The notes: generated by a model not told the origin, from the letters alone. A stretch of 58,872 bases of DNA from Anaerofilum sp. (GCA_020024115.1 JAHHUF010000001.1:1-58872), one strand, 5' to 3'. Shown: positions 19,908 to 30,019, counted from the stretch's first letter. Made by a program: numbers and translations.

Positions 19908-19987
19908 AAAATCCTCCTTTATAATAAAATATTTTTAAAATCCCCCAATCAATTGATTGGGGGACACTAATTCAAATGTGATAATGA

Positions 19988-21481
19988 TTAAGCTGGCGGA
20001 ACCTCGGGAGCAACCGCATCACCGCCTGTATTCGGCACATCGATTTCAGGAGTGGGGGTTGATTCCGTGTTGTCCGGATTGGGTTGAGATTCGGGAGATG
20101 GGATTGGAGTAGGCACTGGGGTTGGTTGCGGAGCAGGTTCTGGGATTGGTTCAGGGGTCGCAGTTGGGGCAGGTGCTGCCTGACAGTTTCCAATTCCTCC
20201 GGCACAGGCTTTACAACTGGTATTTTGGCTTTCGGCTGTGCATTGGACAGAACAGGTGCAGACCGCTTTTTTGAACCGTGCAAACACAACAATTCCCTCT
20301 TTGGTGGCATCACCGGGAATCGAAAAGGTCAGATAAGGGCTTTTTACATTGCTAATCCGTCCGATTGTGCAGCCCCATGAATCAAACTCATATCCGGGGG
20401 AGGGAATTGCGGTTACTTGAGAGCAACTTTGACCGATTTTTCCCGTTTGCTGCAAAGTACCCTCAAGATAGCCCATACCGGCAGAATCAGAGTTTACAAC
20501 AAAAGAAACAGGATAGCCCTGTTTGCTGTTAGAGGAAGAAGATGTCTCGGTTGCTTGGGCACTGCTGCGCACTGCCAGTGGGTCTTCGGTGATAATATCG
20601 GGAGGAGTTTCTTGGCGTTGAGGCACTTTTTTCAACGGTTTTGGACGGCGGTCGTCTGTGATATAGCTGTGTGTGCGGATATATTCAAAAAAAGATTCCA
20701 TCGCTTTTTTATTGAGGTGAATTCCATCGCTATAAGTGAAGTCGTTTTTTGCAAAACCTGTTTTGCTGTCTTTCAGAGCTTCACTTGAGTTCAAAAATTT
20801 ATAGCCCAAATCTTTTGCCATATCTGCCAATGCTTTGTTAAAAGAATCAATGGTCTGCATGGTGATATGGGTGTTTTGGCGCAACTTATCCACAGGCGGA
20901 ATAGCATTGATGATAATATCAGCATAGGGCCATGCGTCTGTGATGGATTTAAGTGCTTTTGTATATTCTTCCACAAATTTCTGGCTGCTCCATCCAATAG
21001 TATTGTTGGTTCCGAAGGTAATCACAATTCGCTGCGGCTGCATGATAGCAACTGCTTCAGGGATGGTGACAGGGCTGCCTTTGCCTTTGAAATATACACA
21101 TTTTTTGGTGGGGACATGCTGGATGCCCATCGAAATAACACCAATGGTATGCTCTAAAGTGGTTTGCCCATATGCCATCATACGAACAGTATTGGAGTCA
21201 CCGATAAACAGTGTGTTTTTGATATACTCATCGCCGGCGTCTTCGCTTTGTGCCAAAACCGTAGAGCCATATTGGTCTTTTTCCAGTTTTCCTTCATCTG
21301 CTTGGTAATTTTCGTCAGTGTATTCAGTTTTGTTCCATGCAGTATTTACATTTTCAATATCAGAGGAGCTAGAGACGGTTGATTCGCTGTCTGACTGGTT
21401 TTTGTTAAAACACCCAGTCAAAAGCGTGGTGCCGATTGTGGCTGCAAGCAGCACAGCAAGCATCTGTTTTGTATGTTTCAT
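19988..21481 (-). CDS. SGNH/GDSL hydrolase-family lipoprotein with C-terminal repeat-like domain and Pro/Thr-rich tail
   Basis: Lipobox LTGC; FIGDSN, FGTN, DGIHL; PEPIPEPAPQPTPVPTP tail. Confidence 0.8.
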   Translation of the reverse strand: MKHTKQMLAVLLAATIGTTLLTGCFNKNQSDSESTVSSSSDIENVNTAWNKTEYTDENYQADEGKLEKDQYGSTVLAQSEDAGDEYIKNTLFIGDSNTVRMMAYGQTTLEHTIGVISMGIQHVPTKKCVYFKGKGSPVTIPEAVAIMQPQRIVITFGTNNTIGWSSQKFVEEYTKALKSITDAWPYADIIINAIPPVDKLRQNTHITMQTIDSFNKALADMAKDLGYKFLNSSEALKDSKTGFAKNDFTYSDGIHLNKKAMESFFEYIRTHSYITDDRRPKPLKKVPQRQETPPDIITEDPLAVRSSAQATETSSSSNSKQGYPVSFVVNSDSAGMGYLEGTLQQTGKIGQSCSQVTAIPSPGYEFDSWGCTIGRISNVKSPYLTFSIPGDATKEGIVVFARFKKAVCTCSVQCTAESQNTSCKACAGGIGNCQAAPAPTATPEPIPEPAPQPTPVPTPIPSPESQPNPDNTESTPTPEIDVPNTGGDAVAPEVPPA

Positions 21482-21643
21482 TGCACTCTCCCTTTTATTC
21501 TTATGCTGCAAAAATTATATTTTACAACAATATTGGTTTGTATATCTTTTTAATTCTACCACGATTCATAATAAAATACAAAATAAAAAGGGGCAATCAT
21601 GCCCCTTTTTTAAAATTTTCACATTTTGCATAAAAACAAAGTT

Positions 21644-22210
21644 TTAAGCCGCAATAAGCTGTGCACGCCGCAATGCAGGAGCAAGCAATTGAACCAAAAT
21701 TGCGGCACAAATAACAGCAATTACACCATTGACTGCTGAAACAGGGACTTTTAAAGTAAAGGTTTCTGCAAAAGCCACCTGCCAGGCAAATCCTTTTACC
21801 AAATGCCCCATCACAACATTTTTGATGGCATACAGCACCACATAAGTGCCGGCTCCACAGGCGCTTGCAATCCAAACCTGCGCTTTTTTGCCTTGTGCAC
21901 AAGCCTGATAACCCAACAGACCAGCCACATAGCCCATTGCAAATTTTGTTAAAAAGGTAATCCAAAACTCAGGCGCAAAGGAAGGGTCGCTCAAGTCCAG
22001 CAAGGCGCTGCCAATACCTGCTGCCAAGCCTCCGGGCAATGCACCAAACAGCATCCCAGCCAAAAGGCACATAATGTTGCCAAAGTGAATCCCTGTTTTA
22101 CCCAAAGGACTGGGAATGTCAATGCGAAATTTGCTGAAAATAAACACCAATGCAGCCATCAAACCAATCATTACAATCTGCTGTGTAGAAAATCGAGTTT
22201 TTTTGTTCAT
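21644..22210 (-). CDS. ECF transporter S component, probably vitamin B6
   Basis: Hydrophobic ~188 aa with IGLMAALVF, IHFGN, GIGSALLD; divergent from a MocR-family regulator. Confidence 0.8.
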   Translation of the reverse strand: MNKKTRFSTQQIVMIGLMAALVFIFSKFRIDIPSPLGKTGIHFGNIMCLLAGMLFGALPGGLAAGIGSALLDLSDPSFAPEFWITFLTKFAMGYVAGLLGYQACAQGKKAQVWIASACGAGTYVVLYAIKNVVMGHLVKGFAWQVAFAETFTLKVPVSAVNGVIAVICAAILVQLLAPALRRAQLIAA

Positions 22211-22337
22211 AATATCCCCTCCAATATTGACAAAGTCTTTTTGAAAGACTATGTTTTTTATTATACTGCTATCTGATTCCATTAAAATAACCAGAAAAAA
22301 TATTTTTTATAGTATCAGTTTGAAAGGAGAATTGGAT

Positions 22338-23717
22338 TTGATTGGAATGTTAGATTTTGATGCTTCAAAACCATTATATGAACAGCTTTATGAAAATATT
22401 GCACAGGAAATTCAAACAGGCAGCCTCAAGCAGGGACAAAAAATGTCTGGCAAGCGTACGCTGGCAGAACGGCTGGGCATCAGTGTCAACGCTGTGGATA
22501 CAGCCTACCAAATGCTTGTGGCAGAGGGCTATTTGGAAAGCCGCCCTCGCTCAGGGTTTTATGTGATGGAAGTGGAAAAGCTGGCAGAGATTTCTCCGAT
22601 TTTTTCCCATGAAGAAAGTCTCTGCAAAACACAATGGAAATTTGATTTTTCAACAGCTGCCATTGACAAGTCACTGTTCCCTTTTCGTACATGGGGGCGG
22701 ATTCAAAAAGAATTGCTCTATTCAAAGCCTCAGCTTCTTTCTATGGGGGATGGGCAGGGAGATTTGGAACTGCGAGAAACACTGGCACAGCATTTGCAGC
22801 GTTATCGAGGGGTGAAGTGCAGTCCAAACCAGATTGTAATTGGTGCAGGAATTGAGTATCTTTTGGGGCTATTGATGCCGTTGCTGGGTGGAACAATTGC
22901 ATTAGAAGACCCTGGCTATCCCAAAGCAAAGCGGGTGATTGAAAATGCAAACCGCAAGTGGATTGCTGTGCCAGTGGACAAAAACGGGCTTTCGGTTGCT
23001 GAATTAAGCCAAACTGATGCACAGGCTGTTTATGTAACGCCAAGCCATCAGTTTCCCACAGCAGTGACCATGCCGGTGGGAAGACGGGCGGCATTGCTTG
23101 CATGGGCAGCGGCTGACCCTGCACGATTTATCATTGAAGATGATTATGATTCGGAATTTCGTTTTGGTGTTCGCCCTTTGCCCAGTTTGCAGGGAATGGC
23201 ACAAAACGGAAAAGTAATTTATATCAGCACTTTTTCCAAAAGTCTGGCACCGTCCATTCGTATTGCCTGTATGGTGCTGCCACATACCTTGATAAAACCG
23301 TGGAAACAGCGCTATGGAGAATATGCCTCTACCGTTTCACGCTTTGAACAGCAAACTTTATGCGAATTTATTCAGCAAGGGCATTTATCACGGCATCTTT
23401 CACGGCTGCGCAACAGTTATCGCAAACGGATGGAGCAGTTTAAAAATGCGTTGCAGCAATGTTTGGGAAAATCCATTAAAATATACGGAGAGCATACGGG
23501 TCTGCATTTTTTGATTGAATTTGAAACTGCATCTGAACAGCAGTTATTGCAGGCTGCCTGCAAGCATGGGCTGAAGGTAAGTGGGCTGAAACAATACTGC
23601 TCCGCAGAATCAAAGCAGAAAACAGCAGTTGTTTTGGTGGGATATGGCTGTTTGGCAGAAGAACAAATTATGCCTGCGGCACAGGCATTGCAGCAGGCAT
23701 GGAAAGAATATCTCTGA
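22338..23717 (+). CDS. MocR/GabR-family PLP-dependent GntR regulator (PdxR-like)
   Basis: PLYEQLY wHTH; aminotransferase-like domain YVTPSHQFP, IIEDDYDSEFR, STFSKSLAP; TTG start with AAAGGAG RBS. Confidence 0.9.
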   Translation: MIGMLDFDASKPLYEQLYENIAQEIQTGSLKQGQKMSGKRTLAERLGISVNAVDTAYQMLVAEGYLESRPRSGFYVMEVEKLAEISPIFSHEESLCKTQWKFDFSTAAIDKSLFPFRTWGRIQKELLYSKPQLLSMGDGQGDLELRETLAQHLQRYRGVKCSPNQIVIGAGIEYLLGLLMPLLGGTIALEDPGYPKAKRVIENANRKWIAVPVDKNGLSVAELSQTDAQAVYVTPSHQFPTAVTMPVGRRAALLAWAAADPARFIIEDDYDSEFRFGVRPLPSLQGMAQNGKVIYISTFSKSLAPSIRIACMVLPHTLIKPWKQRYGEYASTVSRFEQQTLCEFIQQGHLSRHLSRLRNSYRKRMEQFKNALQQCLGKSIKIYGEHTGLHFLIEFETASEQQLLQAACKHGLKVSGLKQYCSAESKQKTAVVLVGYGCLAEEQIMPAAQALQQAWKEYL

Positions 23718-23723
23718 TTTTTA

Positions 23724-24812
23724 TTAAATAATGATAAAATCAGCTTTTGACCGAATCTGAAAAGCCTCTGCATAGCTGTGTTCCATTGGAATCCATAAAT
23801 CACGGAATTTTTTCCACATTTCTGAACCGTTTCTCTGCAAAATTCGATATTTTTGCAGTTCCAGTGAAATCTCAAAAAAGGCAGAAATATCATAGATTCC
23901 GTTACAAGCAGGATGCAGAGCATAGGCACCTTCAACAAACAAAACAGAAGAAGAACCGATTTTACAGTTTCTCACAAAGTTCATTTGACAGCAATCAAAT
24001 ACTTGATAAGAAAACGGCTCACAAACTGCAAGATGTGGTGCAACCTCCTGGGAAAAACGCTCATAATGAATGTTGCCGCCTGCCTGCTGCAAACGGGAAT
24101 CGGTTCGCAAAGAGAGGGGAAGGAAAAAGTCATCCATGTGAACCACTTCTGCATCAAAAATTTCTGAAAGCAAAGTAGATGCAGTGGTTTTTCCCGAGGC
24201 ACAAAAGCCATCCAAGGCTATGGATAATCGCTGATTGGCCAAAAGCTGAAGCTGTTTCTGTGCAATGCAAAGAATCAAAGGCAACAAATGGGCGATTTGA
24301 CCACCAAAAACACGGTAATGGGGCTGATACGCATTATGAAATGTTTCAGAGTGGCTCACCACCGGGCATCCTTCTTGTTGGTAAGAAGCAAGATAGCACT
24401 GCATTTCTTTCGCATTGAAGGGAAAAAAATCATCTTCTGCCAAGCGATTCAAACACTTCAATGCCTGCGAAAACCACAATGAATTTTGCGGAGTGGTTTT
24501 GGAATCTAATGTAAATGCTTTTGCCAAAAGTTTTGGAGAAATCCCAGCCGCCTTTGCAGCAGACAGAGAAAGCCGAAAGGTGTGATGTTGGCTGTCCAAA
24601 GGTTCCAGCAGCGGCAAATTGCTGTTGGCTGTACATTCGTCCATTTCTTTCGACAAAGCAGTCAATGCAGCTTTGTCGCTGTCGCAAAAATGGGATGCAC
24701 CAAAGGCTTGCTGATAGCACAGCTTAACCACATCCTGCGGCTCCATCAGAGGATAAGTTTTAAGATGGAATGTAAGGGAAGAAATAAATTCTTGTTCTGA
24801 AAAAATACTCAT
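23724..24812 (-). CDS. Fusion: N-terminal domain of unknown function + C-terminal P-loop kinase (uridine kinase/PRK/PanK superfamily)
   Basis: N-term YP.MEPQDVVKL.YQ and HSETFHNAYQPHYRV; C-term LDGFCASGKTT, VHMDDFF, VEGAY. Confidence 0.75.
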   Translation of the reverse strand: MSIFSEQEFISSLTFHLKTYPLMEPQDVVKLCYQQAFGASHFCDSDKAALTALSKEMDECTANSNLPLLEPLDSQHHTFRLSLSAAKAAGISPKLLAKAFTLDSKTTPQNSLWFSQALKCLNRLAEDDFFPFNAKEMQCYLASYQQEGCPVVSHSETFHNAYQPHYRVFGGQIAHLLPLILCIAQKQLQLLANQRLSIALDGFCASGKTTASTLLSEIFDAEVVHMDDFFLPLSLRTDSRLQQAGGNIHYERFSQEVAPHLAVCEPFSYQVFDCCQMNFVRNCKIGSSSVLFVEGAYALHPACNGIYDISAFFEISLELQKYRILQRNGSEMWKKFRDLWIPMEHSYAEAFQIRSKADFIII

Positions 24813-25351
24813 ACTTTATCACTGGTTTTTACAACCTTTTCAATCAGCAAAACGATAGCGGGCACAAGAATAAGCTGGGACACAATGGCAGGAACAGCAT
24901 TGATAAACGCACCTGACAGGAAAGCGGCGAATGTAAAGCCTTTGCCAGCAGAAGCAAGCAGCAGATATTGTACACAGCCCCACACAACACGCCCCAAAAG
25001 CATTGCTGTGACAAGTGAGATGTAAACAGCAAGTATTTTTGAAAGTTTTTTATTCAACAAATTGTATAAAATGCCGCAAATTAAACCATAAGCAGCAAGT
25101 TCAAAGGACATTGCGATTGCCACCGGAAACATAGGAGGCATGGTGAACAGCAAACTGCGAAGAACAGGGGCAATCAGACCAATGCCTGCTCCCCATATCC
25201 CTCCGCAAAGAAACCCGCAAAGCATCACAGGCAGGTGCATCGGGCTGAGCATACTGCCAATTTGAGGGATTTGCCCAGTGAAAAAAGGCAAAATGAAGGT
25301 CAATGCCAAAAACAAAGCAGAATAGGTTAGTTTTTTTGTGTTTGATTTCAT
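24809..25351 (-). CDS. ECF transporter S component (possibly pantothenate-type)
   Basis: Hydrophobic 180 aa, LPFFTGQIPQIGSMLSPMHLPV; stop overlaps the start of the kinase fusion (ATGA). Confidence 0.8.
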   Translation of the reverse strand: MKSNTKKLTYSALFLALTFILPFFTGQIPQIGSMLSPMHLPVMLCGFLCGGIWGAGIGLIAPVLRSLLFTMPPMFPVAIAMSFELAAYGLICGILYNLLNKKLSKILAVYISLVTAMLLGRVVWGCVQYLLLASAGKGFTFAAFLSGAFINAVPAIVSQLILVPAIVLLIEKVVKTSDKV

Positions 25352-25366
25352 CTTTGTGATTCCTCC

Positions 25367-25542
25367 AAAAAATAAAAAACATCGCCAACACAAATGCTTT
25401 GTGTTGATGATGCCTTCAGACTTCGTTGATAAAAATAAGTATATTTGAACAATTCGGAATTGCAAAAAACTTCTGTTTTTTGAACACAGCTTCTTGCTGT
25501 GCAAGATGGCTCATTATATCACACAAAAAAGCAGATTGTCAA
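25367..25542 (-). promoter_or_regulatory. Promoter plus 5' leader with intrinsic terminator (attenuator) for the ECF-kinase operon
   Basis: TTGACA(25542-25537)-18bp-TATAAT(25518-25513) with extended TG; GCATCATCAACACAAA-GCA-TTTGTGTTGGCGATGT then T run directly before the RBS. Confidence 0.7.
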
Positions 25543-25620
25543 ACAAGCCATTCAAACAAAAGAATAAAATCCCATTTTTGGAAAATACTAAAAGAAAAAC
25601 CATAAAGGAGGATTTTGTGA

Positions 25621-26154
25621 ATGAAAGCAACAGGAATTGTACGCAGGATTGACGATTTGGGCAGGGTGGTGATTCCGAAAGAAATCCGCAGAACACAGCA
25701 CATCCGTGAAGGAGACCCATTGGAGATTTTTATTAGTGCAGACGGAGAAGTTATTTTTAAAAAATACTCTTTGATGGGCGAGTTGTCCACCATTGCGTCC
25801 CACTGTGCAGAAGTGCTTGCAAAAAGTTTGAATATGTCGGTTATCATCTGTGACCGTGAACAAATTGTGGCAGCAGCAGGGGCAGGCAGAAAAGAGATGG
25901 AGGACAGGCGAATCTCGCAGTCCTTGGTTCGCTTGATTGAACAGAGGAAAAGCTGCGTTTTGACCCAAGAAAAACAATATCCCTTTGAAGGCTGTCAGCG
26001 TTGCATTTATGCGGTTTCTCCCATTTTAGTGCAGGGCGATGTAGTTGGTGGTGTGGTTGTGCTGGAAGGGGAACGGCTGGAGCAGAAAATGGAAACAGAA
26101 CAGCAGCAGGCAAATTTGGCTGCAAGTTTTCTTGCAAAACAGATGGAATCATAA
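25621..26154 (+). CDS. spoVT: Stage V sporulation protein T (AbrB DNA-binding + GAF domain)
   Basis: MKATGIVRRIDDLGRVVIPKEIRR; ends FLAKQME. Confidence 0.92.
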   Translation: MKATGIVRRIDDLGRVVIPKEIRRTQHIREGDPLEIFISADGEVIFKKYSLMGELSTIASHCAEVLAKSLNMSVIICDREQIVAAAGAGRKEMEDRRISQSLVRLIEQRKSCVLTQEKQYPFEGCQRCIYAVSPILVQGDVVGGVVVLEGERLEQKMETEQQQANLAASFLAKQMES

Positions 26155-26178
26155 AAAATCAACAATTAACAGAAACTA

Positions 26179-26339
26179 GGGCGTTTCTGAAACCTAAGAA
26201 ATTGACGAATTTTTCGCAGGAATCAAGTAGATGCAAGACAAAAAACACAGAAATCCTTGCTGGATTCCGAGTATTTTTAAGGCAGCAGATACTGCTTATT
26301 GTAGAAAAAGACGAAAATTTCAACTTTTCAGATAGCCCC
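26179..26339. mobile_element. MITE-like element, copy 2 (161 bp, opposite orientation to copy 1)
   Basis: TA-GGGCGTTTCTGAAA ... TTTTCAGATAGCCCC-TA; central palindrome AATCC-TTGCT-GGATT shared with copy 1. Confidence 0.8.
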
Positions 26340-26464
26340 TAATTTCAAAAATATCTCAGACAAACAAATTTGGTCTTTGTAAAATGCAATCCTCACAAGA
26401 ATCAAACCTGTTTGTCTTGTACATAAATGTAAAGATACCGCAGGATTACGGTATCAGAAAAGAA

Positions 26465-27394
26465 TTATGAATCGCTGGAACTGGAATCAGAAGATTCATC
26501 CGAGGAAGAATCAACAGAATCGGAAGAAGCAGAAGATTTTGCAGTAAAATATTTGTGCACCAATGCAATGGAATCATCATTTAATTCAAAGCGGTCATTT
26601 GCCGCTGTGCCGGGGAGAATTTCGGGGGAAAATTCAGACTCTTTGCCATTCATCAACTTGCAGATGCGGTCAATTTGCCGAAATTCCTGTGAGGTGAGGG
26701 TTGTCAGCAATTTGCTGCTGGCTTGGCGAAGAATCTGGGTGGGAATTGTGGAATCGGATTGAATGGCAGCCAGCAAAAATTCACCGGTGATGTTTGCAAA
26801 CAGGCTGCTTTTTTGTGTATCCTTCAAATTCCATTCATCCAGCAAAGAAAATACCTGCTCAGGAACCATCATACAAACTGGAGCCTTGCCAACAGATGCT
26901 TTTGCGCCGGAAATATCATATCCCGAAAGATTTACAGTTACAGCTCCAAGCATGGAAGATGCCTTTGTCAAATCAGTGCTTTTGGCAAGAAGATAATGAG
27001 GAATTTCAATTTGCAGTGTTTGGCTTAACAGTTCAGCGGCTCTGCCGGGGCCGGCTTGTGTGGCTTCTTGCTCCAAAGTGGAGGTTCCTCCTTGGGGCAG
27101 CAAAACGACGGTGTCTTTGGGAAAACCTAAAACGGAAATTCGATTTTTGACAGCATCTAAGCCCAGTAGCAAAAAATAATTTGTATCCTCTTGCTGAATC
27201 ATTGCCAAACAGGTGAGTTTATCATCAGGAGAAGGCAATGCAATGGGCACACCGTTTGTGGTTGCATCTGCCTGCACCTGCTCCTGACCGTTTGATATTT
27301 GCCGTGATTGCAGCAGCATAATGCAAGCAAGCAAGGGAATCAAAATTCCGATACTAAGACAAAAGCTCAATAAAAAAGCTCGGATTCGGTTCAT
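26465..27394 (-). CDS. Membrane-anchored LytR-CpsA-Psr (LCP)-like protein, divergent
   Basis: N-terminal TM; FLLLGLD...ISVLGFPKDT resembles the LCP SIPRDT motif; Ser/Asp tail. Confidence 0.55.
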   Translation of the reverse strand: MNRIRAFLLSFCLSIGILIPLLACIMLLQSRQISNGQEQVQADATTNGVPIALPSPDDKLTCLAMIQQEDTNYFLLLGLDAVKNRISVLGFPKDTVVLLPQGGTSTLEQEATQAGPGRAAELLSQTLQIEIPHYLLAKSTDLTKASSMLGAVTVNLSGYDISGAKASVGKAPVCMMVPEQVFSLLDEWNLKDTQKSSLFANITGEFLLAAIQSDSTIPTQILRQASSKLLTTLTSQEFRQIDRICKLMNGKESEFSPEILPGTAANDRFELNDDSIALVHKYFTAKSSASSDSVDSSSDESSDSSSSDS

Positions 27395-27476
27395 AAAACC
27401 ACTCCTTTCAAGTTTAATTCAGCAGCATCTGAATACAGTTTGAGCAGATGGGGGATACTGTATACGAAAGGAGTGA

Positions 27477-27659
27477 ATGAAAATGCTTCCAACAGGAACT
27501 AATCAAAACAATCGGCACTTGCCGCCAAAACGAAACAGCCACGAAATTGTCGAAAGTATTGCTCACCCACACCCAAGCAAAACCGACCCAAACGGAAGTT
27601 ATACCGGAATTCCCGTTAATACGCACGAAATTCCGCAGCAAGACGCCGACGATTTGTAG
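27477..27659 (+). CDS. Small protein (60 aa), possibly forespore-expressed
   Basis: AAAGGAG RBS; C-terminus TDPNGSYTG.P......P.QDADDL, a pattern I recognise from small clostridial proteins. Confidence 0.75.
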   Translation: MKMLPTGTNQNNRHLPPKRNSHEIVESIAHPHPSKTDPNGSYTGIPVNTHEIPQQDADDL

Positions 27660-27777
27660 AAAATCACACTTCACAAAAAAATTTGAAGAAAAGTATGTTT
27701 TTGAAAGGAATTTCCTGTTATACTCGTACTATCTAAGTAAATTTCCATTTGGAAAAAGAACAGAAAGGAATGAGAAA

Positions 27778-29376
27778 ATGGGACGTTTCCAAAGACAAAA
27801 TGCTCCCGCTAAAAATGAAAGAGAGCTGTTCTTGGGAGTCCGCGGAGGACTACTTGGCGATGAAAATTTTGTTATGCTGGCTGGTATTGTAACACTGTTT
27901 TTGCAAATTATCAGTTTTGCAACAACATTAAAGGGCAGTTGGGCATATTTCAGCGGCGTGTTTTTTTTGGCACCGCTTTTGTTTTCGCTTGCAGTGCAAA
28001 CAACCGCATGGAGTACATCCAACTCTTTACGCCGTGGTGTAGGGCCGCTGCGTATTGCGGCAATGCTGCTGGCAATGGGCTGCTCCAGCTATTTTTCATT
28101 TGTGGGTGTATATCATACTGTAAATCCCCCTGAAAGAGAATTGGCAAGCCTGTACAGTCAAAATGTTTTGCAGTTGAATACCGCTGTGGAAAATCTTCAC
28201 ACTTCATCCGGCAACTTGATGCGAACAGGAATCAATACTGTTTTGGATGGACTTTTGGAGCAAAGCAGTCATCTGACACAGCAAAACACCCAATTGGCAG
28301 CTTGTAAAACAGCATTGGATGGTGCAGTCGTTTCTGGCACTACACTGAAAGCACCCAACCGCAGCGATTATAAGTCTTATAAGGAATATTCTGCTGCCTA
28401 TGAGCAGTACCGTGAGGCGCTGCGTCAATCCCAAACCGCAGACAGTTCCTCTGCCCGTGCAGCTGTGTTGGCACAATATGGCTTTGCAAGTGAGGAGGAT
28501 TATCAAAAGGCAGTTTCAGAAAATACTGCCAAAAACGAAACCCTCACCAGTGCATTGGCTGCAATGGTGCCAACAGAAGGCTTGTCCAATGCACAGCGTT
28601 TGGAGCAGGTTCGCAATTCCATCGAAACAGGTTTGAATGCAAAGGGTACTTTGTCAGATGAAACATTGTCCTTGATTCAGCGTGTTACAGCCTTGTATCA
28701 GCAGATGGGCGGAGAAGAAGTTTCTTCCGGTTCTTTGAGTGAGGATTGGCAAAAAGCCGCTGAATGTACTTTGGATTTGCCAAAGTTTTCTGAAGTTGTA
28801 GAAGAAAACGGTTCCGGCGGCTTGCCCCGTTTGAAAACCATGCTTGACCAAAACCTTTCGGCAGCCGTTTTAACCCTGCAAACCGCAGGTGGAACTGCCC
28901 CAGATTTGGTTCCGCTGCCTGACCCCTATTTGGAGCCGGTAAAGGCGGTTGTGGAAAAACACAATCCCAATGCAATTTTATGTTTGGTGATTGCTGTTTT
29001 GGTGGATGGACTATCCATTTTGTTTGCTTTGATGGCAATGGGTGGAAGAAGTATGCTGTTGCCCGGTACACATCTATTTAACCGCCGTGGAATCAGTTTT
29101 TCTTCTCAGGTTTATGCAGCTTTGGATTCCCAAGATGCCTGCAAAAAACTGGGCGAATTTTTGAAGCTGTTCTCCCCATCGCCTGCAACCGTTTCAAAAG
29201 GATGGGTGATGCAGGCAGAGGAAGAAACCCTCAGCGAATATTCTCGCCTGATGTCCTTGCTTTATCAGGCGAAACTTGCCGGAAAACCCGAAGATGGCAC
29301 AGTTGTTTTGCTGCACAAACGGTTTGTAAACTGGGTTGGCGAAATGCAGAACACACTGGGCGACTGCGGAGAATAA
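27778..29376 (+). CDS. Hypothetical membrane protein (N-terminal TMs, coiled-coil, C-terminal TM)
   Basis: Long ORF; AAAGGA RBS before ATG at 27778; followed by hairpin at about 29423-29470. Confidence 0.75.
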   Translation: MGRFQRQNAPAKNERELFLGVRGGLLGDENFVMLAGIVTLFLQIISFATTLKGSWAYFSGVFFLAPLLFSLAVQTTAWSTSNSLRRGVGPLRIAAMLLAMGCSSYFSFVGVYHTVNPPERELASLYSQNVLQLNTAVENLHTSSGNLMRTGINTVLDGLLEQSSHLTQQNTQLAACKTALDGAVVSGTTLKAPNRSDYKSYKEYSAAYEQYREALRQSQTADSSSARAAVLAQYGFASEEDYQKAVSENTAKNETLTSALAAMVPTEGLSNAQRLEQVRNSIETGLNAKGTLSDETLSLIQRVTALYQQMGGEEVSSGSLSEDWQKAAECTLDLPKFSEVVEENGSGGLPRLKTMLDQNLSAAVLTLQTAGGTAPDLVPLPDPYLEPVKAVVEKHNPNAILCLVIAVLVDGLSILFALMAMGGRSMLLPGTHLFNRRGISFSSQVYAALDSQDACKKLGEFLKLFSPSPATVSKGWVMQAEEETLSEYSRLMSLLYQAKLAGKPEDGTVVLLHKRFVNWVGEMQNTLGDCGE

Positions 29377-29551
29377 AACCATCACAACAAATTGCCTCTC
29401 TTTTACAAAGGGAACTTCAAAACAGAAAGACTGTGAAACTGATTTTTGTCAGCTTCACAGTCTTTTTCTTTTGGATAAGATATTGTTTGTGGTTTGGATG
29501 ATTTTCAGTTGTTTTTATAACACACCATCCTTAGTTATGGCCGTTTTGGGA

Positions 29552-29821
29552 TTATTTCACCTTTTGTGCCTGCTCGGGGTTCTTTTCAAACCATTTTTCT
29601 GCATAGCTGCAAGTGGCAACCGCTTTTCTGCCTGTCTGTTCCAGCTCTTGCACAGCCAGTTCCATCAGTTTGCCTGCAATTCCTTGTCCACGCAAAGAGT
29701 CATCTACAAAAGTATGGTTGATGTTTACAGTGGTTTCATCCAATGCAGGAAAGGTGATTTCGGCAAGAATTTTGCCGTCAGATTCATACTCAATCTTGTT
29801 TGCATGAGTGATGAAAGGCAT
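29552..29821 (-). CDS. Small GNAT-family acetyltransferase (YjdJ-like)
   Basis: INHTFVDDSLRGQGIAGKL, ATCSYA. Confidence 0.9.
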   Translation of the reverse strand: MPFITHANKIEYESDGKILAEITFPALDETTVNINHTFVDDSLRGQGIAGKLMELAVQELEQTGRKAVATCSYAEKWFEKNPEQAQKVK

Positions 29822-30019
29822 AAAAATACATCCTTTCTTTTTTGTGATAGCACCATGAAAATTTTTCTGAAAGAAATATGATGCAAGGTTGATTATAGTA
29901 TACTGTAAAATTTGAGCAAAAGGCAAGAAAACTGTGACTTTTATTTTGGGAATATGGTATAATAACAGGCAGTAAGACCTTTTGAAACATTTATTTCAAT
30001 CAAAAAAGGGGGGCTTTGC

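Noticed and set aside
20040..20180. Pro/Thr/Glu repeats (also the Ser/Asp tail at 26465-26540) as a tandem repeat or CRISPR-like array
   Set aside because: Low-complexity protein linkers; no regularly spaced DNA repeats and no cas genes in the window
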